The position numbers and the translations under genes were made by a program. Shown here piece by piece: positions 19,340 through 29,041 of a DNA stretch of 64,000 nt. Below the pieces are notes generated by a model. That model did no database searches, had not been told where the DNA came from, and saw nothing but the letters and a program-made list of their open reading frames with translations. Positions within the stretch are counted from its first letter, which is position 1. Every line of letters starts with the position of its first letter. Source of the DNA: Dehalococcoidia bacterium (GTDB lineage: Bacteria; Chloroflexota; Dehalococcoidia; Lucifugimonadales; VXLM01); the NCBI GenBank assembly GCA_963662435.1, contig OY759598.1, positions 1,086,507-1,150,506 on the forward strand, written 5' to 3'.

Positions 19340-20992
19340 ATGGGAACGAATATCTACCTGACAGGATTCTCCGGCAGCGGAAAGACGACCATCGGCAAAC
19401 AGGTCGCGGCCATGACGGGTTGGACGTACCGCGACACGGACTATGAAATCGTTGCGGCGACCGGTCGAGCAATCGAGGACATCTTTCGTCATGACGGCGA
19501 GGTGGCGTTCAGGAAGCTGGAGCACAGTGTCTTGGAATCGGTGTCGCAGGCAGAACGGCAGGTGGTCTCCACAGGCGGCGGCATTGTGGTCGACGAGGAG
19601 AATCGCCGAACGATGGCCTCAACCGGCATCATCGTCTGCCTCGAAGCACGTGCGGATACTATCTGCCGTAGATTATCCGGTCCGAGTGAGACTCACGACG
19701 AGCAGGTGGTCCGCCCTCTCTTGCAGGACTCCGATCCCTTGAGACGCATCGTCAGCCTTAAGGCCGAGAGACAACCACTCTATGCGTTAGCCCACTGGAC
19801 CGTGCACACCGATGACCTTTCCGAAAGTGAGGCGGCTGCGGAGGTCGTGAGGGCGAGAGACATGTTCTCGAAGAGGGGACTCATGGTGTCGAGCCATGAC
19901 GCCGACCTTGCGGCGACGGTGCGCACATCATCCGGGGATTACCCTGTCTGGGTTGGCTGGGGTCTCTCTCAAACTGTCGGTAAGCGCGTGAAGACTCTAA
20001 TAGACCCGGGGGCCGCATACGTAATCACCGACAATTTCGTGCACCGACACGCTCGGACAGTGCAGATGTCGATGGAAGAGGCGGGCATTCCGAGTCACAT
20101 CTTCGTAATGGAGTCCGGTGAAAGGCACAAGAGCCTCGACACCCTGACGCACATTTATCGATGGCTGGCGGAGCGCAAGGCGGAACGCGGTCATCTCATT
20201 GTGGCCGTAGGTGGGGGTGTCGTAGGCGACGTAGCGGGATACGCCGCGGCGACGTATTTGCGAGGGATGCCGGTGGTGCAGGCCCCGACTACGCTCGTGG
20301 CGATGATGGACGCCGCTGTTGGTGGGAAGACAGCTGTAGACCTCCCTGAAGGGAAGAACCTTGTGGGCGCGTTCAAGCAGCCGGAGTTTGTTCTCGCCGA
20401 CGTGGAGGCCCTTGCCACACTCCCAGAGCGAGCATTGGTTTCAGGTTGGGCCGAGGCGATTAAGCATGCGCTCATCTTGGATGAATCGTTGCTTCGCGTG
20501 TTCGAAGAGAACGTAGAGTCGATAGGCTCGCTGGAGCCGGAGACCGCAAGCGACGCCCTTCGTCGCAGTGTAGCAATAAAGGCCGACGTGGTTTCCCGCG
20601 ACGAGAGGGAAACGCTCGGCATTCGCGCTCTCCTGAATTACGGACACACCACTGCCCACGCACTTGAGGCGGTCACAGGCTATGAACGCTATCTCCACGG
20701 CGAAGCTGTGTCCATAGGCATGATGGCGGCGGCCGACATCTCCAACCAAATGGGCCTCTTGTCCGATGCTGACGTTCAACGCCAACGCTCCGTGTTGGCG
20801 GAATACGGACTGCCGCTCACCTACGCAAACGTGGATCCTGCTGCTATAAGAGAAGCAATGAGCATGGACAAGAAGACGGTTGGCGGAATAATTCGTTGGG
20901 TCCTCCTGGACGGAATCGGCCATGCCGTCACACGAAGGGATGTTCCGTCCGAGCTGGTAGACAGAGCACTCAGAGAGGTTTCAGAGCAATGA
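19340..20992 (+). CDS. aroB: Bifunctional shikimate kinase / 3-dehydroquinate synthase (AroK-AroB fusion)
   Basis: N-terminal GFSGSGKTT, STGGG, RPLL; C-terminal GGGVVGDVAG, PTTL...GGKT, LNYGHT, HGEAV. Confidence 0.95.
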   Translation: MGTNIYLTGFSGSGKTTIGKQVAAMTGWTYRDTDYEIVAATGRAIEDIFRHDGEVAFRKLEHSVLESVSQAERQVVSTGGGIVVDEENRRTMASTGIIVCLEARADTICRRLSGPSETHDEQVVRPLLQDSDPLRRIVSLKAERQPLYALAHWTVHTDDLSESEAAAEVVRARDMFSKRGLMVSSHDADLAATVRTSSGDYPVWVGWGLSQTVGKRVKTLIDPGAAYVITDNFVHRHARTVQMSMEEAGIPSHIFVMESGERHKSLDTLTHIYRWLAERKAERGHLIVAVGGGVVGDVAGYAAATYLRGMPVVQAPTTLVAMMDAAVGGKTAVDLPEGKNLVGAFKQPEFVLADVEALATLPERALVSGWAEAIKHALILDESLLRVFEENVESIGSLEPETASDALRRSVAIKADVVSRDERETLGIRALLNYGHTTAHALEAVTGYERYLHGEAVSIGMMAAADISNQMGLLSDADVQRQRSVLAEYGLPLTYANVDPAAIREAMSMDKKTVGGIIRWVLLDGIGHAVTRRDVPSELVDRALREVSEQ

Positions 20993-21015
20993 GACTGTGG
21001 GCGTAAGTTCGCCAG

Positions 21016-21846
21016 ATGGTTGAATGGCTGGCGCTGGTAATTATTGGCTGCGCAACGGCAGCGTTCGGTGTCATGGTCGGCACCGGCGGCGGCATCATCT
21101 TCGTTCCCATGTTGTTGCTATTCTTCAATCTCGAACCGGAGATTGCTGCCGGGACATCACTCACACTGGTTGCCATGAACAGTTTCGCGGGTACCGTCAC
21201 CTATACGCGTCTCGGCTTTGTAGACTTGAGAAGCGGATTTCTCTTTGCCGCGGTTGCGATCCCCGGGTCAGTCATAGCTCCATTCATGGTCTCTAAGGTC
21301 GGTGGCGAGTGGTTTCGCATTCTCTTCGGCATGCTACTCTTGATTCTTGCCACGCAGCTGCTCCTTAGAACTTATATGCCGAAGGGTGTGACAAAGCCCA
21401 AGCGAATGCGGTCGTTCAGGTCGTTCATCAAGGAGCGACGAATAGAGACCAAGCGCGGACAGCGGTTCCGTTACCACTTCAACGAGCCGCTGGCGACATC
21501 GACGAACTTCGCCATTGGATTCATGTCAGCCTTCTTCGGTACGGGCGGAGGGTTCTTGAGAACCCCTCTACTCGTGGGAATGTTCAATTTCCCGGTTCGG
21601 GTTGCCGTGGCGACATCAGTATTCTCTCTTTCGTTCTACTCGACCGTCGGCTCAGTTGTCCACGCCTCCCTATTCCACGTCCAATGGTTCCCGACGGTCC
21701 TATTCGCCGGTGTAGGCATACTCATTGGTGGACAGATCGGCGCGCGGCTTGCAGTGCGAGTCCAGAGCGCTTGGATCGTAAGACTGCTCGTCATGATTCT
21801 GTTCGTAATGGGCGGGCAGGTACTCTTCGAAGGCATTCGCAGCTAG
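21016..21846 (+). CDS. TauE/SafE family (sulfite exporter-like) membrane protein
   Basis: GVMVGTGGGIIFVP, AAGTSL; second repeat FFGTGGGFLRTP...AVATS. Confidence 0.88.
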   Translation: MVEWLALVIIGCATAAFGVMVGTGGGIIFVPMLLLFFNLEPEIAAGTSLTLVAMNSFAGTVTYTRLGFVDLRSGFLFAAVAIPGSVIAPFMVSKVGGEWFRILFGMLLLILATQLLLRTYMPKGVTKPKRMRSFRSFIKERRIETKRGQRFRYHFNEPLATSTNFAIGFMSAFFGTGGGFLRTPLLVGMFNFPVRVAVATSVFSLSFYSTVGSVVHASLFHVQWFPTVLFAGVGILIGGQIGARLAVRVQSAWIVRLLVMILFVMGGQVLFEGIRS

Positions 21847-21875
21847 AGACCATTCAGTTCCCTAAAGGAGAACTC

Positions 21876-23006
21876 ATGAACATAAGCAAACGGGCACGGG
21901 ACATCCACTACTCCTCCATCGTCGTGGACACCCACTCGGACAGCCTCGCGTGGCCGACTCGACACGGAATTGATATAGGGCAGCCGCAGGGCGACACTCA
22001 CATGGACCTTCCCCGTATGAAAGAAGGAAACCAAAGTGTTCAGTTTTTCGCGTGCTATGCAGCCCCGAGCTGGATTGAGAAGAAGAGGGTTGTGCAGGTA
22101 ACCCTAGATTATATGGACTCGTTCCACACCCTCATGTTGGACTATCCGGAGCAGATCGAACAGGCAACTACGGCTGACGACGTGCGGCGTATAACCGACG
22201 CCGGAAAGCTGGCCGGCATCTTGTGCGTCGAGGGCGGGCATTCCATCGACGACGACCTCGGCATTCTGCGTATGTACCATCGTCTCGGAGCGCGTTACAT
22301 GACTCTCACCTGGAACAACACCAACAACTGGGCAGACGGAGTCCTCGGAGAGCCACGTCACGGCGGCCTGAGTTACTTCGGCAAGGAGGTTGTGCGGGAG
22401 ATGAACCGGCTCGGAATGTTCGTGGACATTTCACACGTGGCTCCGACAACTTTCTGGGACGCCATCTCGACCACGACTAAACCCGTCATTGCTTCCCACT
22501 CTTCGGCGAAGGCAATTTGCGCCGCACCTCGAAACCTTGAAGACGACCAGATTAAGGCGGTTGCCAACAATGGAGGCGTTATAGGCGTCAACTACGAGAT
22601 TACCTTCGTTGGAGAGGCCTACCGCGTCGCTAAGAATGCCGTCGATGAGGAGAAGGCCGAAGAAGTTAAGCGAGTCGAGAAGGACCATCCTGCCGGTTCG
22701 GAGGCCCTGGGCAATTCCCTACGGGAATTAGACGGGCGATTCGACGAAAAGGTCGCGGAGCTACCGAAGCCGCACTACACCGAGATCGTAGACCACATCG
22801 ACCACCTGGCATCAGTCGCGGGGATAGAGCATGTCGGGCTGGGATCGGACTTTGACGGAGCGACCATGCCCGAGGGTATGGAGGACTGCACCAAGGTGCC
22901 GTTGATTACCGACGCGTTGGTCAGCCGGGGTTACAGCGAGGGCGACATTCGCAAGGTTCTCGGCGAGAACTTCATGAGAGTGATGGAAGAGGTGCTCACG
23001 GACTAA
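21876..23006 (+). CDS. Membrane dipeptidase family (peptidase M19)
   Basis: VDTHSD, VEGGH, YMTLTWN, VDISH, ASHS, VGLGSDFDG, LGENFMRV; RBS AAGGAG. Confidence 0.93.
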   Translation: MNISKRARDIHYSSIVVDTHSDSLAWPTRHGIDIGQPQGDTHMDLPRMKEGNQSVQFFACYAAPSWIEKKRVVQVTLDYMDSFHTLMLDYPEQIEQATTADDVRRITDAGKLAGILCVEGGHSIDDDLGILRMYHRLGARYMTLTWNNTNNWADGVLGEPRHGGLSYFGKEVVREMNRLGMFVDISHVAPTTFWDAISTTTKPVIASHSSAKAICAAPRNLEDDQIKAVANNGGVIGVNYEITFVGEAYRVAKNAVDEEKAEEVKRVEKDHPAGSEALGNSLRELDGRFDEKVAELPKPHYTEIVDHIDHLASVAGIEHVGLGSDFDGATMPEGMEDCTKVPLITDALVSRGYSEGDIRKVLGENFMRVMEEVLTD

Positions 23007-23111
23007 GCCGACATCCCTCGAAAGGGTGGGCCCACTTTCATAACTGAGCCACGCAAATTCAGTTTGATTAAAGGCCGACCTGCGAATCCAGTTGGGTCGT
23101 GTCTAACTACC

Positions 23112-23345
23112 CTACCCAACTGTAGCGTGAGGGTTACGGTCGGCAAGCTCCTTGATGACGGTGTCCTTGTCGGTCTCGCCAGTCCAGGGAGTGGGAAGCC
23201 TGTTCGTGCCGAAGATCCGCGTCATGATCGGGTCGTCGTTCCCGTCACCATCGGAGTGGACTGTATACCAGACGTTTTCGTCGTCGTCCAACTCCACCGC
23301 GATGTTTCGTGTTTCGCCCGTCCAACCGAAGCTAACGTATCCCAT
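23112..23345 (-). CDS. Small acidic hypothetical protein (77 aa)
   Basis: GAGGG RBS upstream of the ATG; fills the gap downstream of pabB on the same strand; protein-like composition. Confidence 0.6.
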   Translation of the reverse strand: MGYVSFGWTGETRNIAVELDDDENVWYTVHSDGDGNDDPIMTRIFGTNRLPTPWTGETDKDTVIKELADRNPHATVG

Positions 23346-23386
23346 GTGGAACCCTCAGTTGATATGTGTTCGTTGCTTTCGCCGTT

Positions 23387-24814
23387 CTATGATACTCCAA
23401 GCCGGTACTTTTGAAAACCGGAAACTCCAAGGGCGGTGAGCCCTCCCTTCGCCTTGTACAGCGTCTCCTGATATTCGGCCTCAGGATCAGAATCGGCAAC
23501 GATTCCGCCGCCGACCTGAAAATATACCTGCTGCCCCTTCTTCAGCATCGTTCGAATGGGTATGGATAGCTGCATCGACCCGTCGAACCCGATGTACCCG
23601 ATGGCTCCGCAGTACACGCTGCGTTGGACGGGCTCGATCTCGTCAATGATCTCCATGGCCCGGATCTTCGGCGCACCCGTTACCGATCCGCCCGGAAAGC
23701 ATGCCATCAACAGGTCAATCACATCATGCTCTGGACGAAGCCTGCCCGTGACGGACGATACGAGCTGGTGTACGTTCGGGTATTGCTCTACCGAGAAGAG
23801 TTCCGGCGTGTGAATCGTACCCGGCACACATACCCTCCCAAGATCGTTTCGGAGAAGGTCGACTATCATGATGTTCTCGGCGCGGTCCTTCGCACTCTGG
23901 GCAAGCTCCCTGCGCAGACGAGCGTCGTTTACTTGCGTTGCCCCCCGAGGTCGGGTTCCCTTCATGGGACGGGTCTCGACGATTCCGTCTTCAACTTGAA
24001 GAAACTGTTCAGGAGAGGCGCTCAATATGGTGACTTCCGGTAGATCGAGATAAGCGCCAAAAGGGGCAGAGGTAGAACTTCGCAACGCACGGTAGAGCGA
24101 CCAATCGTCCGCATGGATTGTTGCCTCGAAGCGCTGGGAGATATTTGCCTGATAGATATCACCTGCGACGATGTACTCTTTCACACGTTCGACAGCGTTC
24201 ATATACTGATCAAGCGTGAAATTGGAACGAAGGTCCGTCGCACCCCCGACTCGTTCGATCGCAGGCCTCAGGGTTTCGTGGCCCACGTCAATTCGATCTC
24301 GTACCCACTGTGCCCTACCTTCCCTGCTGAATTGGGTGGTCACAATCCACGTCTTGTCGCTTACGTGGTCGAATGCGAGGACCCAGTCGTAGAAACCGAT
24401 CGTCATGTCCGGCAATTCGAGGTCGTCTACGGCCTTCCCGGGGAGGCGTTCGAGAAGACCGCCCATCTCGTAGCCGAAGTAGCCTATCGCACCACCCTGG
24501 AACGGAGGCCCACTGGGATGACGATCGGTCCTAAGGGTCGAGAGTAATCGCTTTACGACAGAGAACGGGTTGTCCTCGGACCGGGTAACCGTGTCGCCCT
24601 CGATCAGCTCGACTGCCCTTCCCTTTGAACGCACCACCAAGTACGGGTCGGCTGAGAGGTAGGAGTATCTTCCAAGACCCGGTCTCAAGAGCGCGCTGTC
24701 CAGCAGGACAGGGTAACTGGCATACAGTAAGCCGTAAGCCGCCTCAACTGGGTCGAGATGGAAGTTTAGCTGTTCCACCCGAGTTTCGTTGGTTGCGGCT
24801 TGGTTAGTCTGCAA
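23387..24814 (-). CDS. pabB: Aminodeoxychorismate synthase component I (start uncertain)
   Basis: LLDSA, FQGGAIGYFGYE, GDIYQANIS, SPEQFL, KDRAENIMIVDLLRNDLG, FPGGSVTGAPKIRAMEII. Confidence 0.9.
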   Translation of the reverse strand: MQTNQAATNETRVEQLNFHLDPVEAAYGLLYASYPVLLDSALLRPGLGRYSYLSADPYLVVRSKGRAVELIEGDTVTRSEDNPFSVVKRLLSTLRTDRHPSGPPFQGGAIGYFGYEMGGLLERLPGKAVDDLELPDMTIGFYDWVLAFDHVSDKTWIVTTQFSREGRAQWVRDRIDVGHETLRPAIERVGGATDLRSNFTLDQYMNAVERVKEYIVAGDIYQANISQRFEATIHADDWSLYRALRSSTSAPFGAYLDLPEVTILSASPEQFLQVEDGIVETRPMKGTRPRGATQVNDARLRRELAQSAKDRAENIMIVDLLRNDLGRVCVPGTIHTPELFSVEQYPNVHQLVSSVTGRLRPEHDVIDLLMACFPGGSVTGAPKIRAMEIIDEIEPVQRSVYCGAIGYIGFDGSMQLSIPIRTMLKKGQQVYFQVGGGIVADSDPEAEYQETLYKAKGGLTALGVSGFQKYRLGVS

Positions 24815-24951
24815 GGACGGTCCATTTGGCGCGAAGGCAATGCGAACACGACGTCGCGGAACGGCTGGGTACTCTGAAAGCGTCGACCGCAATACTGTAT
24901 AGTATTTCTCGCGACCACCACCACTGGATAAGTTAGCCTCACCTCACGAAC

Positions 24952-25413
24952 ATGGCCTTCAGACGGCTTCAAGACCGTCCCCGTATCCTCGAGATTGCAT
25001 ATGTAGTGACACTTGGCGCGCTGCGTCTGTTCAGGCGTGGCTTGAATTCGGGTGGGTTTGTCGAGTGGTTCTTCGTCAAGGGCGAGAAGGTGTCGAAGGG
25101 CGTCATCTTCAGCTGCCAAATGTGTGGCGACTGCGTGCTGCACAGTACCGGCATGACCTGCCCGATGACTTGCCCGAAGAACCTTCGCAACGGACCTTGT
25201 GGAGGCGTTCGCCAGAATGGCAACTGTGAGATCGTTCCGGATATGCGCTGCGTGTGGGTTGAAGCCTGGGACAGATCACAGCGCATGAAGCAGTTCGGCA
25301 AGGAAATTCACACGGTACTTGCGCCTACCGACAGGCGACTTGAAGGTACGTCGTCGTGGATCAACGACATCAGTCCCAACGTCACCAAGCGGCCGGCTGG
25401 GTGGTCAGAATGA
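24952..25413 (+). CDS. Methylene-THF reductase C-terminal/zinc-finger subunit (MetV-like)
   Basis: CQMCGDCVLHSTGMTCPMTCPKNLRNGPCGG...CE...CVW; stop overlaps the metF start. Confidence 0.88.
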   Translation: MAFRRLQDRPRILEIAYVVTLGALRLFRRGLNSGGFVEWFFVKGEKVSKGVIFSCQMCGDCVLHSTGMTCPMTCPKNLRNGPCGGVRQNGNCEIVPDMRCVWVEAWDRSQRMKQFGKEIHTVLAPTDRRLEGTSSWINDISPNVTKRPAGWSE

Positions 25414-26381
25414 GGTCGGGTTCGCGACTCGAACGAGTCCTGCGGTCCGGCCACTTCGCGGTTACGGCAGAGCTACTCTCTCCCGACAGTGCGGATCCGC
25501 AGGCCGTGATCGATCACGCAAGGATCATCGGCGATTCGTGCGACGCCATCAACGCAACCGACGCTTCGGGCGCCCAAGCACACATGTCGAACGTTGCCGT
25601 CGCCGCGCTGCTCCGTCAGGCAGGATACGATGCAGTCGTGCAGCTTGCGTGTCGTGACCGAAACAGGATTGCCATGCAGGGGGACCTATTGGGCATAGGT
25701 GCGCTCGACATTCGGAATGTCCTATGCTTGACCGGCGACGGGGTGGGCACGGGCGATCACCCCGAAGCGAGACCGGTATTCGACATGGACTCAATCACTC
25801 TCCTCCGGACGGCTCGTATCTTACGTGACAAAGGACAGTTCCTCAGCGGCAGGCCGATCGACTCCCCTCCCCGTCTATTTCTGGGAGCAGCGAGTAATCC
25901 GTTCGTCCCACCTTATGACTTCCGTCCTCTCCGCCTAAAGAAGAAGATCGGAGCGGGAGCGGACTTCATCCAGACCCAGTACTGTTTCGATATTCCCCGC
26001 CTGAAGTCGTTCATGGAAACCGTCTGCGACATGGGGCTTCACGAACGCGTATTCATCCTTGTAGGGGTGGGTCCCTTGCGGTCTGCGCGGGTGGCATATT
26101 GGATGCGTGACAACATTCCAGGCGTCGTAATCCCAGACTCGGTAATTAGACGGCTACTTGGCGCAGGCAAGCGTTCGAGGACCGAAGGAAAGCGCATCTG
26201 CATCGAAATGATCCAGCAGATATCTGAGATCCCGGGAATCGCCGGGGTTCACGTAATGGCTTACCGGCAGGAAGAACTCGTGCCGGAGATTCTCAATGAG
26301 GCAGGTCTACTTCCGAGACCACGATTGAAAGATTCAGATCGGGCTTTCCACGACGGCGGCGCAAGTGATGACCATGGTTAG
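25410..26381 (+). CDS. metF: Methylenetetrahydrofolate reductase
   Basis: AINATD, QLACRDRNRIAMQGDL, LCLTGD, KKKIGAGADFIQTQ, GVHVMA. Confidence 0.93.
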   Translation: MRSGSRLERVLRSGHFAVTAELLSPDSADPQAVIDHARIIGDSCDAINATDASGAQAHMSNVAVAALLRQAGYDAVVQLACRDRNRIAMQGDLLGIGALDIRNVLCLTGDGVGTGDHPEARPVFDMDSITLLRTARILRDKGQFLSGRPIDSPPRLFLGAASNPFVPPYDFRPLRLKKKIGAGADFIQTQYCFDIPRLKSFMETVCDMGLHERVFILVGVGPLRSARVAYWMRDNIPGVVIPDSVIRRLLGAGKRSRTEGKRICIEMIQQISEIPGIAGVHVMAYRQEELVPEILNEAGLLPRPRLKDSDRAFHDGGASDDHG

Positions 26382-26525
26382 GCGCTCTGCATTAGAAAGT
26401 CCGATTCGATTCCCTTATCTTCTTGGCATTGTAACCGCTTGCTGGGCTACCAGTTCGAGCCCGGTGACCTTGAGCTTCGTTCACGCCCGGGAAGGGACTT
26501 AAGCGAGAAATCCTTCCACGGCGGC

Positions 26526-27065
26526 TCATGTCCGAGGGTTATCAACTACCACCTTCGTGCGCGCCATGTAGTCATGAACGCACTGACGGTTCTTGGCAAA
26601 GATGAGAAGGTGATCGATAACCACGTACGGGGGGATTAGGGTCAAGAGCCAATTGACGAAATACCTAAGCACGACATTGTTAAACACGGTACCTGTCAGG
26701 CCCGATTGCTCATCAACGATGCGAATCCGCAATAGCTGCTTTCCTACTGTCTGTCCCTCGCGTCGAAGGAGTACCACTTGGTATGGCACGCCGACGATGC
26801 CGAGCACCAGAAGGAAGAGAGAGATAATTGCCGGTGCTCCTGAATCGGCGAGGAGCATTCCTGCGACGAAGGAGGCGGGGGACAGCGGCAAGTCAATGAG
26901 CCACGCCACGAGGCGCTTCCATCTCTCGGCGGGGTACAGTACATCCGGTGGCATGTCGGTCGAACCACCGAGTGGCGTCTTGCAACGACGGCACAATTGC
27001 GCGTATCGCGCATTGGTCGACTTACACCGCGGGCAGTAGATAGATTGAAGCGGCTGATGGGTCAA
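26526..27065 (-). CDS. RDD family membrane protein with N-terminal zinc ribbon
   Basis: CPRC...CRRC; KRLVAWLID, GQTVGKQLLRIRIV, QCVHDYMARTKVV; TTG start after GGAGGG. Confidence 0.85.
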   Translation of the reverse strand: MTHQPLQSIYCPRCKSTNARYAQLCRRCKTPLGGSTDMPPDVLYPAERWKRLVAWLIDLPLSPASFVAGMLLADSGAPAIISLFLLVLGIVGVPYQVVLLRREGQTVGKQLLRIRIVDEQSGLTGTVFNNVVLRYFVNWLLTLIPPYVVIDHLLIFAKNRQCVHDYMARTKVVVDNPRT

Positions 27066-27150
27066 TGTACCCTCCGCCGTTGTTGACCGGTCTATGGAGC
27101 GCAAATACAATAGCGCCTCAGTCGAGACGCCTGTCGAGAGGATTCCAACT

Positions 27151-27651
27151 ATGCCGGAGCTTATCCTAAGTCCTACCGCCGTTCAAGCTGAACTACACAA
27201 GAACGGCGTGACGGACGTCGTGTGGCTGCCTGACACAGAGAGCGGCCACATGTACAACCTGCTTCAAGCGAACCCTTCGCTGCAGATAATTCCGATCGCT
27301 CGTGAGGCCGAGGGAATGCCAATCGCGTCCGGCTTATGGATAGGGGGACGAAAACCCGTCGTGATGATCCAGAACACGGGGTTCTTCGAGTCCGGCGACT
27401 CGGTTCGCGGCATGGCTGTCGACATCCAGGCGCCCCTCGTAATTTTCATTGGGTACCGCGGATGGACACGCCGGGGCGTCACTACAGACTCGGCGGCGAC
27501 CATCACCGAACCGACCCTTCATGCATGGCGCATGAGCTATTACCTTGTCGAGCACGATGGTGACGTGGACAGAATCTCCGTCGCGTTTGAAGAGGCGGAG
27601 AGAATTCAGCGCCCGGTCGGAGTGCTCATCGGCGGAGAATATACCGGATAG
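27151..27651 (+). CDS. TPP-binding N-terminal (pyrimidine-binding) subunit, sulfopyruvate/phosphonopyruvate decarboxylase alpha-like
   Basis: VVWLPD, IAREAEGMPIASG...GRKPVVMIQNTG, IGYRG. Confidence 0.8.
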   Translation: MPELILSPTAVQAELHKNGVTDVVWLPDTESGHMYNLLQANPSLQIIPIAREAEGMPIASGLWIGGRKPVVMIQNTGFFESGDSVRGMAVDIQAPLVIFIGYRGWTRRGVTTDSAATITEPTLHAWRMSYYLVEHDGDVDRISVAFEEAERIQRPVGVLIGGEYTG

Positions 27652-27695
27652 GTAGGCGTGGAGGTATCAGGCCTTGGTGACGATCACGAGGTAGC

Positions 27696-28151
27696 TCAGG
27701 AGTTACGCCGCTCGATGGCTAGCACCTTGTTTAGCCGTCGCACGTACTTTTCTTCGCTTTCGACAAATCTCGCCGTAAGAAACGCGGTGACGATCTCCTT
27801 GGCAAGTTCCTCCCCAATGATGCGGGCACCTATGCAAACCACGTTCATATCGTCGTGCTCGACACCCTGCCGCGCCGAGTAGGTGTCGTGACAAAGCCCC
27901 GCACGGATTCCCTTGACCTTATTTGCCGCGACACTCGCGCCCACGCCACTGCCGCAGACGACCAGTCCCCGATCGGCCCTGCCGTCGGCGACGCGGACTG
28001 CCACAGCCTCGGAGAAATCGGGGAAATCGTCCAACGCGTCGTACTCGTATGCGCCGGCATCAATCACCGTATGGCCAAGCGACTTCACATGCTCGGCCAC
28101 CAGGTACTTCATCTCGAGACCTGCGTGGTCTCCCCCTAAGGCGACTCGCAT
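27696..28151 (-). CDS. rpiB: Ribose-5-phosphate isomerase B family
   Basis: GGDHAG, DDFPD, CGSGVGASVAANKVKGIRA, HDDMNV. Confidence 0.93.
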   Translation of the reverse strand: MRVALGGDHAGLEMKYLVAEHVKSLGHTVIDAGAYEYDALDDFPDFSEAVAVRVADGRADRGLVVCGSGVGASVAANKVKGIRAGLCHDTYSARQGVEHDDMNVVCIGARIIGEELAKEIVTAFLTARFVESEEKYVRRLNKVLAIERRNS

Positions 28152-28255
28152 TGGCACTCCCTGCACTGGACTGTTCTCGATTCACAGCTTACCACAGAGG
28201 TCACTTCGTCCTCAGATGGTAGAATCGAGCTCACATTCTCCTCGGACACATTCTC

Positions 28256-29038
28256 TTGGCCAATAGGAATCCAGGCAAGGCGACGGTAAGCGAGAGGTAC
28301 TTCGCCGGCCAAGCACGTGTCCGACGCCTGCTCGAAGAGCTACGCCAAGAAGATAGGGTGTTGCACTCCCTGTATTTGAAATCCAATTCGCCACTTTCAA
28401 GGTCTAATCGTCTCGAAACCCTGTCAGCAGACGGCATGCCGCTACATGACTGGGTCGATGACGCTGTAGGTGCCGTCTCCGAGTCGGAGACGGGAGTGGC
28501 GCTGTTTTGGAACGGCGAAAAAGTGTGGGCCGTACTCCCGCCCTTCCCTATCGAGGATGAACGCTTATCCAGCGGTATGGACGGCTCAGGAATTCTCGAT
28601 ATCTTTGAGCGCAACATCAAAACTGGCATCATTCTCCTGAGAATGGGGCGATACGCCATTGGTGTTGTACGTGACGATGAGCTCTTGGTATCGAAGACTG
28701 ACACCAGGCTCGTGAAGAATCGTCACCGGGCTGGCGGCTCATCACAGCGCCGATTCATGCGGAGCCGGGACCGTCTTATCCGGGAGTTTTACGATGAGGC
28801 GTGTGAAGTGACTCGACGGCTGTTCGAGCCACATCTCAACTCGATCGACTACGTGCTGACCGGCGGGGAGCGTCACACGGTCAACGGATTCCTGAAACGA
28901 TGCAGTTTCCTCGAAAAGTCGGGGCTGAAAGTGATGAATCGATTGCTGTCGGTCGACCGGCCAAATCACAAGGCGCTTGAACGCATCCACCGCGAGGTCT
29001 GGACGAGTCGCATCATCGTCTTCGAACGGGCCGAATGA
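28256..29038 (+). CDS. acVLRF1 (Vms1/ANKZF1-like) release factor / peptidyl-tRNA hydrolase
   Basis: LLRMGRYAIG, VKNRHRAGGSSQRRF catalytic loop, LTGGE; extended -10 TGGTAGAAT upstream. Confidence 0.8.
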   Translation: MANRNPGKATVSERYFAGQARVRRLLEELRQEDRVLHSLYLKSNSPLSRSNRLETLSADGMPLHDWVDDAVGAVSESETGVALFWNGEKVWAVLPPFPIEDERLSSGMDGSGILDIFERNIKTGIILLRMGRYAIGVVRDDELLVSKTDTRLVKNRHRAGGSSQRRFMRSRDRLIREFYDEACEVTRRLFEPHLNSIDYVLTGGERHTVNGFLKRCSFLEKSGLKVMNRLLSVDRPNHKALERIHREVWTSRIIVFERAE

Positions 29039-29041
29039 GGG

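Noticed and set aside
19340..20992. AroK-AroB fusion as a novelty
   Set aside because: This fusion is already known in several bacterial lineages
23348..23357. Extra copy of GGAACCCTCA matching the end of the 49710-50016 element
   Set aside because: A single 10-mer that coincides with the RBS of the small ORF, with no further similarity; likely chance
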